From Chiloscyllium plagiosum (Eukaryota): 64,000 nt of DNA. Each line of letters starts with the position of its first letter. Position 1 is the first letter of the stretch. The DNA is taken from NCBI RefSeq assembly GCF_004010195.1, contig NC_057710.1, positions 49,545,753-49,609,752 on the forward strand, read 5' to 3'. Below, one piece after another: positions 12,425 through 25,950 of this stretch. The notes below the pieces were generated by a model. The model saw nothing but the letters and a program-made list of their open reading frames with translations. It was not told the origin of the DNA and did no database searches. The translations under genes and the position numbers were made by a program.

Positions 12425-13242
12425 AGGGCTGTGCTGTGGCAGATGCGGTTTAATTTAGGTAAGTGTGAGGTGTTGCATTTTGGAAAGGCAAATCAGAGCA
12501 GGACTTACACACTTAATGATAAGGTCCTGGGGATTGTTGCTGAACAGAGAGACCTTGGAGTGCAGGTTCATAGTTCCTTAAAAGTTGAGTCACAGGTAAA
12601 TAGGATAATGAAGAAAGCGTTTATTATGCTTGCCCTTATTGGCCAGTGCATTGAGTATCGGATTTGGGAGGTCATGTTGCAACTGTAAGGACATTGGTTA
12701 GGCCCCTTTTGGAATACTGCATGCAGTTCCGGTCTCCCAGCTATAGGAAGGATGTCGTGAAACTTGAAAAGATTCAGAAAAGATTTACAAGAATGTTGCC
12801 AGGTTGGAGGGTTTGAGCTATAGGGAGAGGCTGAACAAGCTGGGGCTATTTTCCCTGGAGCATTGGAGTTTATTGACGTTTATAAAATCATGAGGGGCAT
12901 GGGTAGGGTGAATAGACAAAATCTTTTACCCAGGTGCGAGAGTTCAAACTTAGCATAGGTTTAAGGTGTAAGGGGAAAGATTTAAAAGGGACCTAAGCAG
13001 CAACTGTTTCACACAGAGAGTGGTGTGAGTATGGAATGAGCTGCCAGAGGAAATAGTGGAGGCTGGTACAATTACAACATTTAAAAGACATCTAGATAGG
13101 TATATGAAGAAGGAGATTTAGAGGGGTATTGACCAAGTGCTGGCAAATGGGACTAGATTAATTTAGGATATCTGGTCGGCATGAATAGGTTGTACTGAAG
13201 GGTCTGTTTCCACGCTGTACATCTCTATGACCCTATGACTCT
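12425..13242 (+). mobile_element. 5'-truncated CR1 (HER1-like) inserted into another LINE
   Basis: WQMRFNLGKCEVLHFG...QRDLGV; tail CTATGACCCTATGACTCT. Same family as 57480-58303. Confidence 0.9.
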
Positions 13243-13243
13243 C

Positions 13244-13770
13244 AATCTCCAAAGCCTGTCCACCATCTACAAGGAGTGTGATGGAATACTCCTCACTTGC
13301 TTGGGTGAGTGCAGTTCCAACAACACTCAAGAAGCTTGACATCATCCCAGGACAAAGTGGCTGCTTGACTGGCACTATGCCCACAAGTATATACTCCCGC
13401 CACCACTGACACTCAGTAGCAGCAATATGTATTATCTACAAGATATTCTGCAAAAATCCACCAAAGATCCTCAGACAGCACCTTCCAAAACCACGTCCAC
13501 TTCCATCTAGAAGGACAAGGGCAACAAATACATAGGAACAGCACCACTTTCAAGTTTCCCTCCACATGACTTATCATCCTGACCTGGAAATACATCGCAT
13601 TCTTTCACTGTGACTGGGTCAAAATCCATGAATTCCCTCCCTAAAGGCACATGGATTGCAGTGGTTCAAGAAGGCAGCTCACCACCACTTTCTCAAGGGC
13701 AACTAGAGTTGGACAATAAATTCTGGCCCAGCCAGTGATGCCCATGTCACGTGAATGAATAAAAAAAATT
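13244..13770 (+). mobile_element. CR1/L2-group LINE, right part and 3' tail
   Basis: CCAAAGCCTGTCCACCATCTACAAGG continues the 12421 junction; ends GAATGAATAAAAAAAA. Confidence 0.8.
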
Positions 13771-13959
13771 CTACAGTAACCAGTCTGAGACAGGTTGCTG
13801 CAACGTTCATACCAGCCCAATTCTTGAATCACTTTTCTATATCAATATTCTCAGAAATGTTATTACACATCTCTAGACCACATGGGACTTGAACCATGGC
13901 TTCCAGGTTCAGAGGTAAGGATTATTACTAATGTGCTGGAAAAGTTACTAATTTGCAGC

Positions 13960-14110
13960 AATTGATAATGGTTACACAGTCTCTATTAGTCCAACTTATA
14001 CTTGGATTCAAATTCCACTATCTGTCATAGTGGGATTTGAACCCATGTCTCCAAAAGATTAGCTTGAGGCTCTGTATCACTAGTTTAGAGACACTACACT
14101 ACACCAGCCA
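13960..14110 (-). mobile_element. Old tRNA-derived SINE head
   Basis: GGGATTTGAACCC is a reverse B box; similar to 20340-20450. Confidence 0.45.
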
Positions 14111-14124
14111 TCTATCCTTAATAC

Positions 14125-14450
14125 TGACATTTTTCATCCGTGGAACTATTCTCATAAACATTTTCTGTACTCTCTCCAATGTGTTCACATCTTTAAAAAG
14201 CGTGAATGAAAATGAGGAAAAACTGTATACAACACTCCAGCTGAGTGACTTATACAAGGTCAGCAATCTTTCTGCTATTGAAATTTAAGCCCCTATGATG
14301 AAGCTGAGAATACTCTGTGCTGTGTGAACTGTTCTCCACTTGAGGTGCCACCTTCAATGACTTTTGGTATATGTACACTCAGGTTCCTCTGCTCCTGCAC
14401 ACTATTTAGAACCATATGCCTTATTTTAAATTACCTCTCTACAATTTTCA
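14125..14450 (-). mobile_element. Old CR1-like ORF2 fragment
   Basis: Degenerate match to reverse CR1 sequence (CTCTCCAATG...AACTG.AC.ACA..ACTCCAG, GCCACCTTCAATGA). Confidence 0.5.
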
Positions 14451-14639
14451 ACTAAAATCAATAATTGTTTGGAAGTGTACTGGAGGCAAATTCAATAGAA
14501 GTATTCAGGAGACCACAAGATAATTATATGAATAGATACAATGTGCAAGCAAACAGAGAAAAGGGAGGACATTGGCATTAAGTAAAAATGCTCATGAGAG
14601 AGCCAATACCTACTTACAACAATACTGGAACAACTTGCA

Positions 14640-14930
14640 GTGCATCATGGAGCTGCGCAGGAAGAACCTTAAAAAAACTACTGCATCATTCTCCAGAACT
14701 TCTTTGCAAAGGTACATTCCATAAATGCATGGGCGATGAGTTCTTCTTACTGCAGACAACCCATGTGGGGAAGAGGTCAGATGCTGGGCATGTTGGAAGG
14801 ATTTGATGGGAAGGGCCTTTCTCATAGCCAGGCTGTGTCTTGGTGCTTACTTATGAGTTCTGGCATTGACAGTCTGCTCATAAACCAGTTAACAGGGTTG
14901 CCTGTTCCTTTTCCAAGTGGTCTTTAAGGG
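14640..14930 (-). mobile_element. Tx1/L1-clade LINE ORF2 C-terminal remnant
   Basis: Reverse translation gives HQD.AWL.RKALPIKSF and, after a frameshift, H.FMECTFAKKFW, the C-terminal CCHC region of L1/Tx1 ORF2. Confidence 0.65.
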
Positions 14931-15032
14931 CATTATGTTCTGACCACTGCTCGATAGACTTGTAATCAAAGATGGTTATCTACTTACACATCTCCACAAA
15001 TGTTTGGTGTACAGCATTGTTCAACTACAAGT

Positions 15033-15618
15033 CATAGGTAGATAGGATATTGAAGAAGGTGTTTGGTATGCTTTCCTTTATTGGTCAGAATATTGAGTAT
15101 CAGAATTGGGAGATCATGTTGCACCTGTACAGGTCATTGATTAGACCACTTTTGGAAGATTGCATGCAATTCTGGTCTCCTTCCTATCAGAAGGATGTTG
15201 TGAAATTTGAAAGGGTTCAGAAAAGATTTACAGGGATGTTGCCAGGGTTGGAGGATTTGAGCTATAGAGAGAGGATTAGGGGCATTAGGGGCATGGATAG
15301 GATAAATAGACAAGGTCTTTTCTCTGGGGTGGTGAGTCCAGAACTAGGGGGTGATAGAGGAAGGATATAAAAGGGACTTAAGGGACCCTTTTCATGCAGA
15401 GGGTGGTGCATGTATGGAATGAGCAGCCAGAGGAAATGTTGGAGGGTGGTACAATTAGACTATTTAAAAGGCATCTGGATGGATATATGAATTGGAAAGG
15501 TTTAGAGGGATATGGCCAAGTCCTGGCAAATGGGACTATATTAGGTTGGGATATCTTGCCAGCATGGATGAGGTGGACCTAAGGGTCTGTTTCTGTGCTG
15601 TACATCTCTATGACTCTA
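15033..15618 (+). mobile_element. CR1 (HER1-like) 3' fragment with internal deletions
   Basis: LYRSLIRPLLEDCMQFWSP, ERVQKRFT, QRVVHVWN; CTCTATGACTCT tail. Confidence 0.9.
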
Positions 15619-16882
15619 CTTGAATGTGAGCAGACCCATCATTTGCAAGCCCAGGCACTAGCAGGAGTTCAGGATTAAATGTTACTTGTGTTTTCTGAGG
15701 ATCCTTGAACAGTTTGCTATAACTGCACACTGGTTTCTTGACTAGTTGGGTGAGGAAACTAGAAGGGATACAAGCTGAAGGCAAAAGCAGTTACTCCCTT
15801 AAACTGACTGGCTTCACATCCAGGGAAATGAAAAGACAAAAAAAAATGTACCTGTTCTTTGGCACAGTTCAGCACTTCCTTTCAGGACCAAGGTACTTCA
15901 GGCAATGCAGACCTGAAAACAGGAAACACCGACTCATATTTTCAACAGATTTAACATCAGGATCGATTGGCTGTAGCACCTTTTATTTTCTGCTATGGAC
16001 CTCTATGACCCTAAATCAGGCAAATGGGGACCTAATTAACATATTCAACTGACCCAATGCTTGGTTTGATAAGGACTTGAACGTCAGGGCCATCCTGCTC
16101 AGTAACCAACATAATTTCCAGAGGAATTGTGGATCAGAAATAGTACCCAGAAGTAAGAGCACCTAATTCATGAAATCTTGCAGGAGGGGGTCAGAAGTCA
16201 ATAACTTCTCCAGTGTTCAGCACCATTATGAAGACATTAACAGTATCATTACAAACAATACACTTCTAATACCCAGACGTCATACATAGAAATGGGACCA
16301 GCTGAATTACTACTTCATATTTATTTTTATTTTATGTATCAGCACATTTTTGAAGAGTTGGCATTTTCTTATCTCTGGAACAGGGAAGAGTATGAAAAGA
16401 GCACAAAATAAAGGATCTTAAAGTTCAAATTATTCTCACTTTAAATAATAACAAAAATGCACACATCCTATTTGCCTGAAGATTTCAATTTGCAATACTT
16501 TCTAGGGTTTTAAACTGTCGTTGTCTACTTCTAATCCCCTTTGTCTTTTCCTTGGTAACAATATGTCTGAGTGATTACCATTTGCCTACAAGGTGCTTCT
16601 CAATGCTCCCTTTTGTTGACTTTGTTGATATGATTAATGCTTGTTATTTACTACCAGTTGGACTGTGCAGTGAATCACATATGTTGTCTCCGTCTGCCTG
16701 GGCTACAACACTACTAATTAATAATGTGGAACTCTGAACATCTCTCTTGAATTACGACACATTTACAAAGCTGATGGTTAATCCTGTGGAATTACAACTA
16801 AAAGCAGCTTGCAAGTATAAAGCTGTGCCAAACTTCCAAATTATTAGCCACTGTCCAAAAAATCGCTTTCTATTTTTTGTTA

Positions 16883-17192
16883 TAGAATTCCAACAGTGTG
16901 GAAACAGGCCCTTCAGCACAACAAGTCCACACTGACCCTCCGCACAGTAACCTACCCAGACCCATTCTCCTACGTTTACCCCTGACTAATGCATCTAACC
17001 TACACATCCTTGAACACTATGGGCAATTTAGCATGGCCAGTTTACCCAATTCAAAGTTTACTTTGAATTGTGGGAGGAAACCCACACAGACACAGTGAGA
17101 ATGTGCAAACCCCACACAGACAGTCACCCGAGGCTAGAATTGAACCTGGGTGCCCAGTGCTGTGAGGCAGCACTGAGCCACCATGCCACCCC
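16883..17192 (-). mobile_element. HE1-type V-SINE
   Basis: Reverse tRNA-like head, the V-domain segment AATTTAGCATGGCC, and a LINE-like tail GTGTGGAAACAGGCCCTTC. Confidence 0.85.
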
Positions 17193-17202
17193 AAGATATT
17201 AA

Positions 17203-17620
17203 TGATTTTGAGATGCCGGTGTAGGACTGGGGTGTACAAAGTTAAAAATCATACAACACCAGTCTAAACATTATGGCACAGACAGAGAACACGGGGCTAA
17301 CACCTTCAACACATTGTCTAGCGAACACCAATTGTTACAGTTAACCTGAGAATGCAAGTTTTTAAAAAAAGTTTTGTGATTTACACATGAAAGAAGTGAA
17401 ACCAACATGGTATTCAAACAGATGAAAGACTCAACAAACAATCAAGGTATTTTTCAATGTATAATTTCAGTTACATCACACTGTACATTTTTGCTGTAAA
17501 TTCTGTATCTTACAATTGTGTCCTTCACAACCACCTGATGAGGGAGCAGCGCTCCGAAAGCTAGTGTGCTTCCAATTAAACCTGTTGGACTATAACCTGG
17601 TGTTGTGTGATTTTTAACAC
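17203..17620 (+). mobile_element. Non-autonomous Penelope-like element with inverted terminal segment
   Basis: 17241-17262 and 17597-17618 form a 21/22 inverted repeat. Flanking AGATATTAA at 17194-17202 and 17621-17629 is a likely TSD. Hammerhead near the 3' end. Confidence 0.75.
17532..17566 (+). ncRNA. Minimal type I hammerhead ribozyme motif, intact core
   Basis: Helix I CAC/GUG; CUGAUGA 17535-17541; helix II GGAGC/AGC/GCUCC; GAAA 17556-17559; palindromic AGCU helix III; predicted cut after CUA at 17563. Confidence 0.8.
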
Positions 17621-19554
17621 AGATATTAAAGCTTCTAGATATGTACTACCCATGATATAAAAAGTACTTGTTGATTTGAAGCCAATTTCATGACTTCAAA
17701 CAAATGTTTCTGAAACTGACACTGAAAGGGGAACATAACAAAATGCTTTTAAATGCAAAATGCAGACATATAAAATGAATCACATGAAGTTCAGAAATAT
17801 TGTACATCCACTCTTTAAAATTTCCATTTTGGATTAAGTGAAGCAAAACAAATAATTTTGCCACTTTAAACATGCTATGTGAATGCTTACATAATCTGTT
17901 TCAAAACTCAGTTTTGGATGCTATATAAATCTTCACTGAAGATACCGTACTGCTTGTGCCTGCTGGACCTTGAGGTCACTATATGTATGTCATGCATCAC
18001 GTCTATCATCTTTCAAAGATCAAACATCATTCAGAAATCATTAATGTTCACAGAAGTTATTTTGGTCAGTTAGGAGTTGTCACGTTCCAATGGTACCAAA
18101 TTATAAAAGAAAGGCATGTTTTATGATAATGACAGTTCATTTTTTTATTACGGTATGCTTTTGTAAAATAGATTAAATCCATTTACATGATGTCTTTTGT
18201 GGCAGTTTTTGTGATATCAGCAATGCTGGCAAGACTGCATTTATTCCTTATAATAAGGTCCCTTTTAAGGTGATGGTGCACCTTCTTCATGAAGAGTTGA
18301 AGCCTGTGTGTGGTTTTGGTAGTCCCACAATACTGTTAGTTGAGGAATTTCAAGATTTTGACCAGCAACACTGAAGATCAATAACATATTTTCAAGTCAG
18401 AATGATGTTTTATAAGTGGCTGTATGTCTTTAATTTATTCGTAATATTAAGGGTTTTTTTTTGTTTTTACAAAACCAATCAAATCTTCAGTAAATAAGTG
18501 CATATTTATGTAATATTGTATAAGTAAGAAATAGAAACTAAAATTTATTCAGCCAGCACATTGTCACTGATCGTATGATCAGTCAGATTGTGCACACTTA
18601 TTTTTGTCTGCCCTAGCTTATTGTATGCAATAAATTACAACTGTAATTCTTTGTTGTATTGAGATGTACACCAATAATTTTCTTGTTCAGCTGTGCTGGT
18701 TGTATCTCAGAATGCACATTGATTGCAATCACTGATGAACACAACTAATTTGCATGGCTTCAGATTCCATGCAATCCACCAGGTTGAAGGTTTATGCTAT
18801 AATTATAGTCCACTCCCTGTCTTTTTTATTCTGTTCCATGATTTTTATTAATAAAATAATATAATCATATCAATATATTAAGTACTATTTCCATGACATT
18901 CTCCTCTACACACAAACATTTACACATGGTGTAATAATTATATCTAATGGCTAAAATATCATAATTCCTTGTGAAAATGGGAAAATTGAAAGTCTCTTTG
19001 TCTTTAAAATCTATTTATATCATCATCTCATTCTTATCAACTAGCATTCATTCAGAAACTATTAAGGTAATAAAATATTCACAGGGATATTGTCAGACAA
19101 ATATTGACACTGTACAGCATGTACATTAACTGTTCCAACATAGTCCTTTGTTTTGTTTCATTGATGTTATAAATTATATTAGCATGTGTTCAGACTTTAT
19201 TTCATTTGGACTTTTTAAAAAATAATATTGTAAAATAAAACAGTAAGATTCTATTGATACCAAGCATTTTGAAATCATTGATGATTTTAGAAAAAGGCTT
19301 TCTGACATGAGTGCCATACCAATCTGTTCACTTTCAAGAGAAATAGATTTGTGAAAGAAGTCCCTGAAGAACATTATTGGAAGTGGACTGCAAAACTGTG
19401 TCCAAGAGGCGACAACAGATAGATTAGACTCTGAATGGGGGACTTCAATGTCCATCACCAAGGGTGGCCTAATAGCACCTTTACTAAATGAGCTTCTGAA
19501 GTCCTCAAGGGCCTAACTGGTCGACTCAGTCTGCAGCAGATGGTGAAGGGAAAA

Positions 19555-20075
19555 ATGTACCTGATCTAATTCTCACTAATCTACCTGTAGAAAATGCAAT
19601 ATTAATATGAAAGACCACTGCACAGCTCTTGTAGAGTTGAAGTCCTTCCTTCACATTCAGGATATCTCGCAAGGAGTTGTATTGTGTTGCATTGCCCCTG
19701 TGTTTACTAGAATAGATTTCAAACTGATATAGCAATTCAACACTCGGCAGCTATGAGGTGATGTGGGCCACAAGCAGCAGGAGAACTGTATTCAACTATG
19801 ATCTATAACATTATGACTCATTATACCCCCATTCAACTATTAATACCAAGTCAGGATATCCACCATGGTTCAATGAAGAGTGAACAGGGGGTACCTGAAG
19901 AACAAGGGTACCTAAAAACGAGCTGTCAATCTAATGAGGCTACAAAACAGCAGGTTACATGCCAGGTAGAATAATGGACTGACACAAGTGATCCCAAAAC
20001 CAATGATAAGGCCTAAGATCTGCAGTCCTGCCCTTTCGAGTCATCAATTGATGGTAGACAATGAAACAACTAACA
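19555..20075 (+). mobile_element. Decayed LINE, endonuclease-to-RT linker region
   Basis: D-L-I-L-T-N-L-P (19563-19586), DH-T motif and PWFNEE (19863-19880), typical of the APE C-terminus and linker. Confidence 0.55.
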
Positions 20076-20139
20076 AGAAAAGACTCCCTTCATACCAATC
20101 ACAAAGACAACATTCTTGTATGGGATATAACTGATGCTA

Positions 20140-20452
20140 GTAAGTTTAGCATTTGTTGCCCAAGAATTGATTGGGTCTCCAGTCCATTTCAGAGGGCATC
20201 ATTACTGTGGATCTTGAGTTATATGCAGGCCAGACCAGGTAAGGACAACAGATTTCCCTTCTCTGAAGTACATTAATGATCCAAATAAGTTTTTACAACA
20301 ATCAACAATGAGACCAGCATTTCCTTCCAGATTTTGATTGAATTCAGATTTCAAAGTTGCCATGGTGAGATTTGAAACCATGTACACAGATCATTCACAT
20401 ATGTCTCTGGGGAACTAATATAGTGTCATTACCACGACACTACCACCTCCCT
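20140..20452 (-). mobile_element. Old SINE (possibly Deu-domain, SacSINE1-like)
   Basis: Reverse tRNA-like head (GAGATTTGAAACC...ACCACCTCC) and a GGCCAGACCAGGTAAGGAC..CAGATTTCC body. Family assignment is from memory. Confidence 0.5.
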
Positions 20453-22105
20453 TATGCTAACATAGAAAATCCGTGCTTCAGAACTAACCACATCTTAAAC
20501 CAGCTGGCCCAGTAGAACATACCCAGGTATGTCCTATCCATAACACTATGAGAAAATAAGAAATAGAAGCAGAAGTAGGTTATTCATCCCATCAGGTCTG
20601 CTCTGTTTTTATCGGATCTCACAAGTGCATGATTGATGCCTTGGCCCCCTCAGTATCCCCCTGTTCAATAGAAATAAAGTCCATGCTTTGTTGATCAAAC
20701 TGCATTGACTCCAGCCTCACTGGCTGCTGTCACAGTCATTTTCTATTTGCAAGCCATTTCCAGCAAATGGCAAATGAAGGCTGGGATTGCAGCGTGCAGT
20801 GGACACCTCAACAGACTTGGCCTGGTCACCTTGAGCCTTCACATGCCCTTTTACCTTTCTGTGCCAGAACTGCTCATTTCTATTGATCCTCGCCCTGCCC
20901 ATGTCGTCAACACTACACAAAGGTCCACCTCCAACTTTCCTCCTGCCTCCTGACACACAACATTACAGTTAAATGATGCCACTATAGTCCTGGACGTTCT
21001 CCCTGTGGAGGCCATGATAATGGATATTTCTAACAATTCCATTCTCATGGCCTTCCAGCCCTCCTGTTCTATACCACTTAGTTCCTCATCAACCCTCCCT
21101 CTAATTCCTTCAGCCGTTATGTGGACTCAGATGTCTGTACAGCAGTGGCTGTAAAAACTTAAAGTCAATGCGTTGGCATGCCAATGAGCCAGCAGGAACT
21201 CTAAGGGAGGCTCCGCAGCTCAGAGGGACCTTTGCCCCTTATACCTCGACGTTCCTGTCACCATACTTGTTCCTACTTCAACACACGCTTTTGTTTTTTC
21301 TTCCAGCCTAGAATGACCCACCACCTCTCAACACATGATGCCCCTTTCGCCTTCGTCCCCCACTTCAACCTACAGACCTTCAGCATTGACTGTTCTCCAA
21401 TCATCTGACCAACATTGAAGGACAACTCCATGAAAGGACAATCAGACCCCGACCACTGTCCTTCCATCACCTTGTCTGATAGTATGCGATTCCCAGGATG
21501 GATTGCAATATCCCTACAGGACTGATCATAGGCCACTCCCCAGATGTAGTCTGACGTATGACCTGACCATGACCAGCCCAAGAAGATGGCCGACCTCAGT
21601 TAAGCCATCTGAACTGTATGCAGACTCCATCCTTGAATGACAACAGGCATCCTCAACTTGACAGACTATACCCCCCCCCCCCCGCCCCACTTCATACTTT
21701 CTCACATTGCCATACAAAATCATGCCGTGTGTTTGTCATGCAGGCAGCTAGTAAGCATATAGGTGTGAGATTAATGATTAACAGTGCCATACAGCAATAT
21801 GCCCATTCATGGAATAATCAGTACTGACAAGTATGAAAAGCAGCCTGACCCTGTGCCTGTGTTGAACAGCAGTTAATGCAGCAGCATTGTGAGCATTTAA
21901 GTTCTGGCAGAAGCACCAATGTGCTGAAAGGCATAACACAACAAGGCACAGTAAGCTAGGGATTCTGTGAGCACAAGGGTGAAGTGATTGATCACAAACA
22001 GCGAAAGCATACAGCCCTGAGATGCAGCCTGGTCCAACCTGTGAATTGGGATCACACCTTTGTGTGCAGTGTCCTTGCAGGAGCAATTCAATGTGACTTG
22101 CTAGT

Positions 22106-22385
22106 GCAATACAATAGAATGCAATAATACATGATACAATACAATATAATGCAGCACAGGAAGAAGCCCTATGGCCCATCAACCTACAATGATTCATAGT
22201 CCTTATTTAGACACACTACTCAGTACCCTAAGGTCTTCTATCCCTCTGATTGCCTCCCGTTCATGTCTCTATCAAGATGTGCCTTAAATGTTGCCACCTC
22301 CACGAGTAGTGCATTCTAGACAACCATCACCTTCTGTGTGAAAAGTTTTCCCCACACCTCTCCCCTAAAATTTCCCCCTTTCACA
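22106..22385 (-). mobile_element. CR1 3' end with (TATTG)n-like tail
   Basis: CAATA repeats at 22107-22149, then CAGCACAGGAAG..GCCC..TGGCCCA and reverse FF-QKV sequence. Confidence 0.7.
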
Positions 22386-24004
22386 CATGAAGGGAATGGA
22401 GTAGTGGAAGTTCAGCTGGATAGATATCTCCAAGGAGACTGTATGGTCAGGTGACCCATGAACTCCAAGATTGTCACAGAAATATTGACATTTTTTCATG
22501 AGGATGGATAAAAAACTCAAAATGTGGAAGCCAAATTTAAACCTAGCTGGACTGTGCAATTTGCAAACTGCAGAGCTGGAACATACAGTATTCTTGCAGC
22601 AGGGTCTTAGATAATCAACTGCCCGTCAAAACCAGGAAGGCCTGGTCTGGTGCAATTGACCACACTGTTTCAGAATGAACTATTGTTTACATCTACAATG
22701 AATCTGCTTTGTTACAAGAACGACACACAGACTTGCTGGCACCCTTGAGGAAAAGCTTGACAAAAACAGCAGCTGACAATTGAAAGTTCCGAAACATGTT
22801 CTGAGATCTCCAAATATAGAAAATAGTCACCATGCCGGATCTTCCTGCGGCTGCCTGATGCTAGAATTGGACACAGGCCACAGAATCATCAGGAAGGATG
22901 CAATGAGCGGGATAAAAGGAGCAAAGGGAAGCCCCATCTTTCTCAGTTGAACCTTCTTCAACAGCATCCCCAGAGAGAACCTTCGACCAAAGCTGAACTA
23001 CACTGCACCTCCTGCTCCAGGTACCTCGTGGTGACATCAGACTGACTAGACCCAGAGAGATTATTGCGGTGAGATAACTGGAAGACCATAACCAGCCCTG
23101 GATGAGAAGGGAAGCCCAAATCAATGACGGCAGATCCTGGAACATCAGCCAAGCTTCAAAGTCGGAGGAAAGGCCTCTCCCATTCTTATGCAAATTATTT
23201 AAAACCAGAATGACTGAAAATTAGGGCATAGGAACAAATGACAATACTTACATGTCCAATTCACTTTATCTGAGCAGATTGAACATCCACTCTCCTCCAA
23301 TATCTGTTAAAGCTATAAGTGATTTCATGGATCATAATCATAATGATGCTGGCTGCAGCTACATGCTATACCATGGTTGTATTGGTAACCTCTAGTCACA
23401 TGCAAAGCTGTACAGTTTATTTGTCTGCAGGGAGTGTCAATTTCCTCTAATGTTTGCAGAATGCATTTCAAGAGAATGAATATTGATGAATAACAGTTTA
23501 GAGGAGCTCCTAAACAAATTACCTTTGCCTTTTCAGTTCTCCCCCGTACCCCTGTAATTACACTCATTAAATCAATTGATATTTTTTCAGCAGGACTGGT
23601 GCATTGTTTTCACCATTACTTCAAACTGCTGGTTCTGAATATACTGAAATTGGATGTAACAGTAGTACAGCAAACTCTGCATTTCCTGATGTGTCTCAGT
23701 TCAAGTTACAAACAATTTTTAAAATGTTATGGAAAACTACCCTTTATATGAATGGACCACCTAGTGTAGTGCAGAGCTATAGAATGAAGTGTTTCCACAT
23801 TTGATCCCTGATACATGGTGTGTTAACTGATCTCAGCTGGAACTCTCATTTGTGTGATGCAAATAATCTCTCTGCTTCTGGGAGTGAAAGAAGAATGGGA
23901 AATCAGTTTGAATTCCAACTTACAAATATTGCCCAATACTCCCAGAAAAAAAATGCATGCATTGGGTGAGGGCGATCATGCCCTATAAAGTCATATTGGT
24001 CTCC

Positions 24005-24160
24005 TTTCATAACAGCAGTGTGGGTATCCCTACATCCAACACAGCATGTTGCTGCAGCAATTCAAGAATGTAACCCACCGCCATATCCGGAGTAATTATG
24101 GTTGGGCAATAAATACTGGTCTAACCAGAAAAACGTTCATCCCATGACTGAATTTTAAAA
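24005..24160 (+). mobile_element. LINE/SINE 3' tail, same tail as 13640-13770
   Basis: CTGCAGC..TTCAAGAA...CACC.CCA...GGGCAATAAAT.CTGG...CATCCCATGA.TGAAT. Confidence 0.6.
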
Positions 24161-25109
24161 ATGTGTCTTACTTTATGTTTCAAAAATGATCATATAGAAA
24201 AGATGCACCATAGAGTGACAACAAGACAAAAACAAATGACAAAAACAATTTTCAGGCATAAAACTGAATAAACTAAATTTCACTAAATGTCATTAATGTG
24301 AAAATCTCCCAAATTATTTAATAACCTTTCCAAGACTTGATTCACTTTACTACATATTGTAGAATTAACACATCATAGGAAGGTTTTTGTTAGTACACAA
24401 ATGAAAAAAAATCCACTTGGGCCAATATAAGAAATAAACTGAGTAAAAATAATCAATAATAAACATGAACAGTTAATATATATTTTAATAAGAATGTATG
24501 GCATTTGTTTTTAATCTACTTCAAATGCTCTGAGCCTTTGCAAAGAATATGCACTAGGTTGCAACTACATGTATTTATTTTTCAGCATGTATGATCATGA
24601 TTATATTAGAAACATAGTTCTTTGAGTCCCCGCATGTCGGGGCATCCCTACCAATGGCTATGAGTCAGAAAATAAGGCTTCTTGCTTCATATACTTTGTG
24701 ACACAACTACTTTTCCAAGGTGCAATGCCGGGACAAACAAACAGCAATGTATCATAAGCTTAAGGAGAGGGCTTTGTGCCAGAACACATCTTGTATATGT
24801 TGTGCCAATTTGATAAGAAAGTAAAGGTTGGTGCTGTTTCTTAAATGTCAACCTTCGACATTTTGTAATGAGCATTTTGCAACTTGTACATTAAACCTGT
24901 TTTTATTTACCACTCTATATTAGCAATTTTCCAAAAGCCTTCAGTTTTTGAAGTCCTGGAGTTCTAGCCTTGGAAGTTACAGCTAACGGGATTGGTGGAT
25001 AAGAATCCCTGTGGCTGCCTCCTACTGTGGAATGAGTTTAATGAAAAGAGTCCATTTCATGAGTCTTTCTGTAATCAAAGATGTCTTTGGAGGCATATAC
25101 AACAAAAGC

Positions 25110-25242
25110 AGAAGCTGAAGAAGGGTTACACCCAAAATATCGACTTCTCCACCTCCTGATGCTGCCTGGCTTGCTGTGTTCTTCCAGCCGCCTGCCTGTC
25201 TATTTTGGATTTAGCATCTGCGCTTTTTTTTTGTCACTAACC
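25110..25242 (+). mobile_element. Penelope-like pLTR 3' fragment with decayed hammerhead
   Basis: CTGAAGA 25115-25121, helix II GGGT/TAC/ACCC, GAAACGTC decayed to AAAATATC; followed by GATGCTGCCTGGCTTGCTG...AGCATCTGC. Confidence 0.65.
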
Positions 25243-25249
25243 GATATTG

Positions 25250-25555
25250 GAACATTCAGCAGATTAAGCAGCTCCCATGTATAGCAGAAGTTAGGTAACA
25301 TTTTGGGTATGAACTCTTCGTCAAAATGGAAAATATGTTATCTACTGTCAATACCCAAACACATCCCATTATCACATGCCATTAACTGAATTATTTACTT
25401 TTCCTTTTGGTCATCCTTCACCCTCTCTCCTTTCATTGGCTGAAAACATTACATTTTAGTTCAGGTAATCTCAACCTAAAATTTTAACTTTTATCCTCTG
25501 CAGATCCTACTTGACCTGCTGAGTATTTCTAACAAAGCTTTGATTATATTTTAGG
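25250..25555. mobile_element. Old Penelope-like remnant with inverted ends
   Basis: Decayed hammerhead on the minus strand at 25293-25326, and a plus-strand CAGAT.CT.C.TGACCTGCTGAGTATTTC terminus at ~25500-25535. Confidence 0.45.
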
Positions 25556-25678
25556 CTAGCGTAAAACTAGGCTAATTTATGATAGATAGCTAGTAGAAAA
25601 CAAGCTGAAACATTCCTCCCCAAACTCTTTATGCCCTGATAAGTACTATCCAGTACCTACCATTTGTGCAAGTTCATT

Positions 25679-25950
25679 GCACCAGGGACCTGGGTTTGAT
25701 TCCCGCCTCGGGTGACTGTGTGAAGTTTGCACATTCTCCCTGAGTCTGCATGGGTTTCCCCCAGGTGCTCCGGTTTCCTCCTACAATCCAAAGATGTGCG
25801 GGTCAGGTGAATTGGCCATGCTAAACTGCCCCTAGTGTTAGATGCTTTAATCAGAGGGAAATGGGTCTGGGTGGGTTACTCTTTGATGGATCGGTATGGA
25901 CTTGTTGGGCCAAATGGCCTGTTTCCACACTGTAGGGAATCTAATCTAAT
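25679..25950 (+). mobile_element. HE1-type V-SINE, 5'-truncated
   Basis: B-box-like GGTTTGATTCC, V-domain TGGCCATGCTAAA, tail GGCCTGTTTCCACACTG and (CTAAT)n. Confidence 0.88.
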
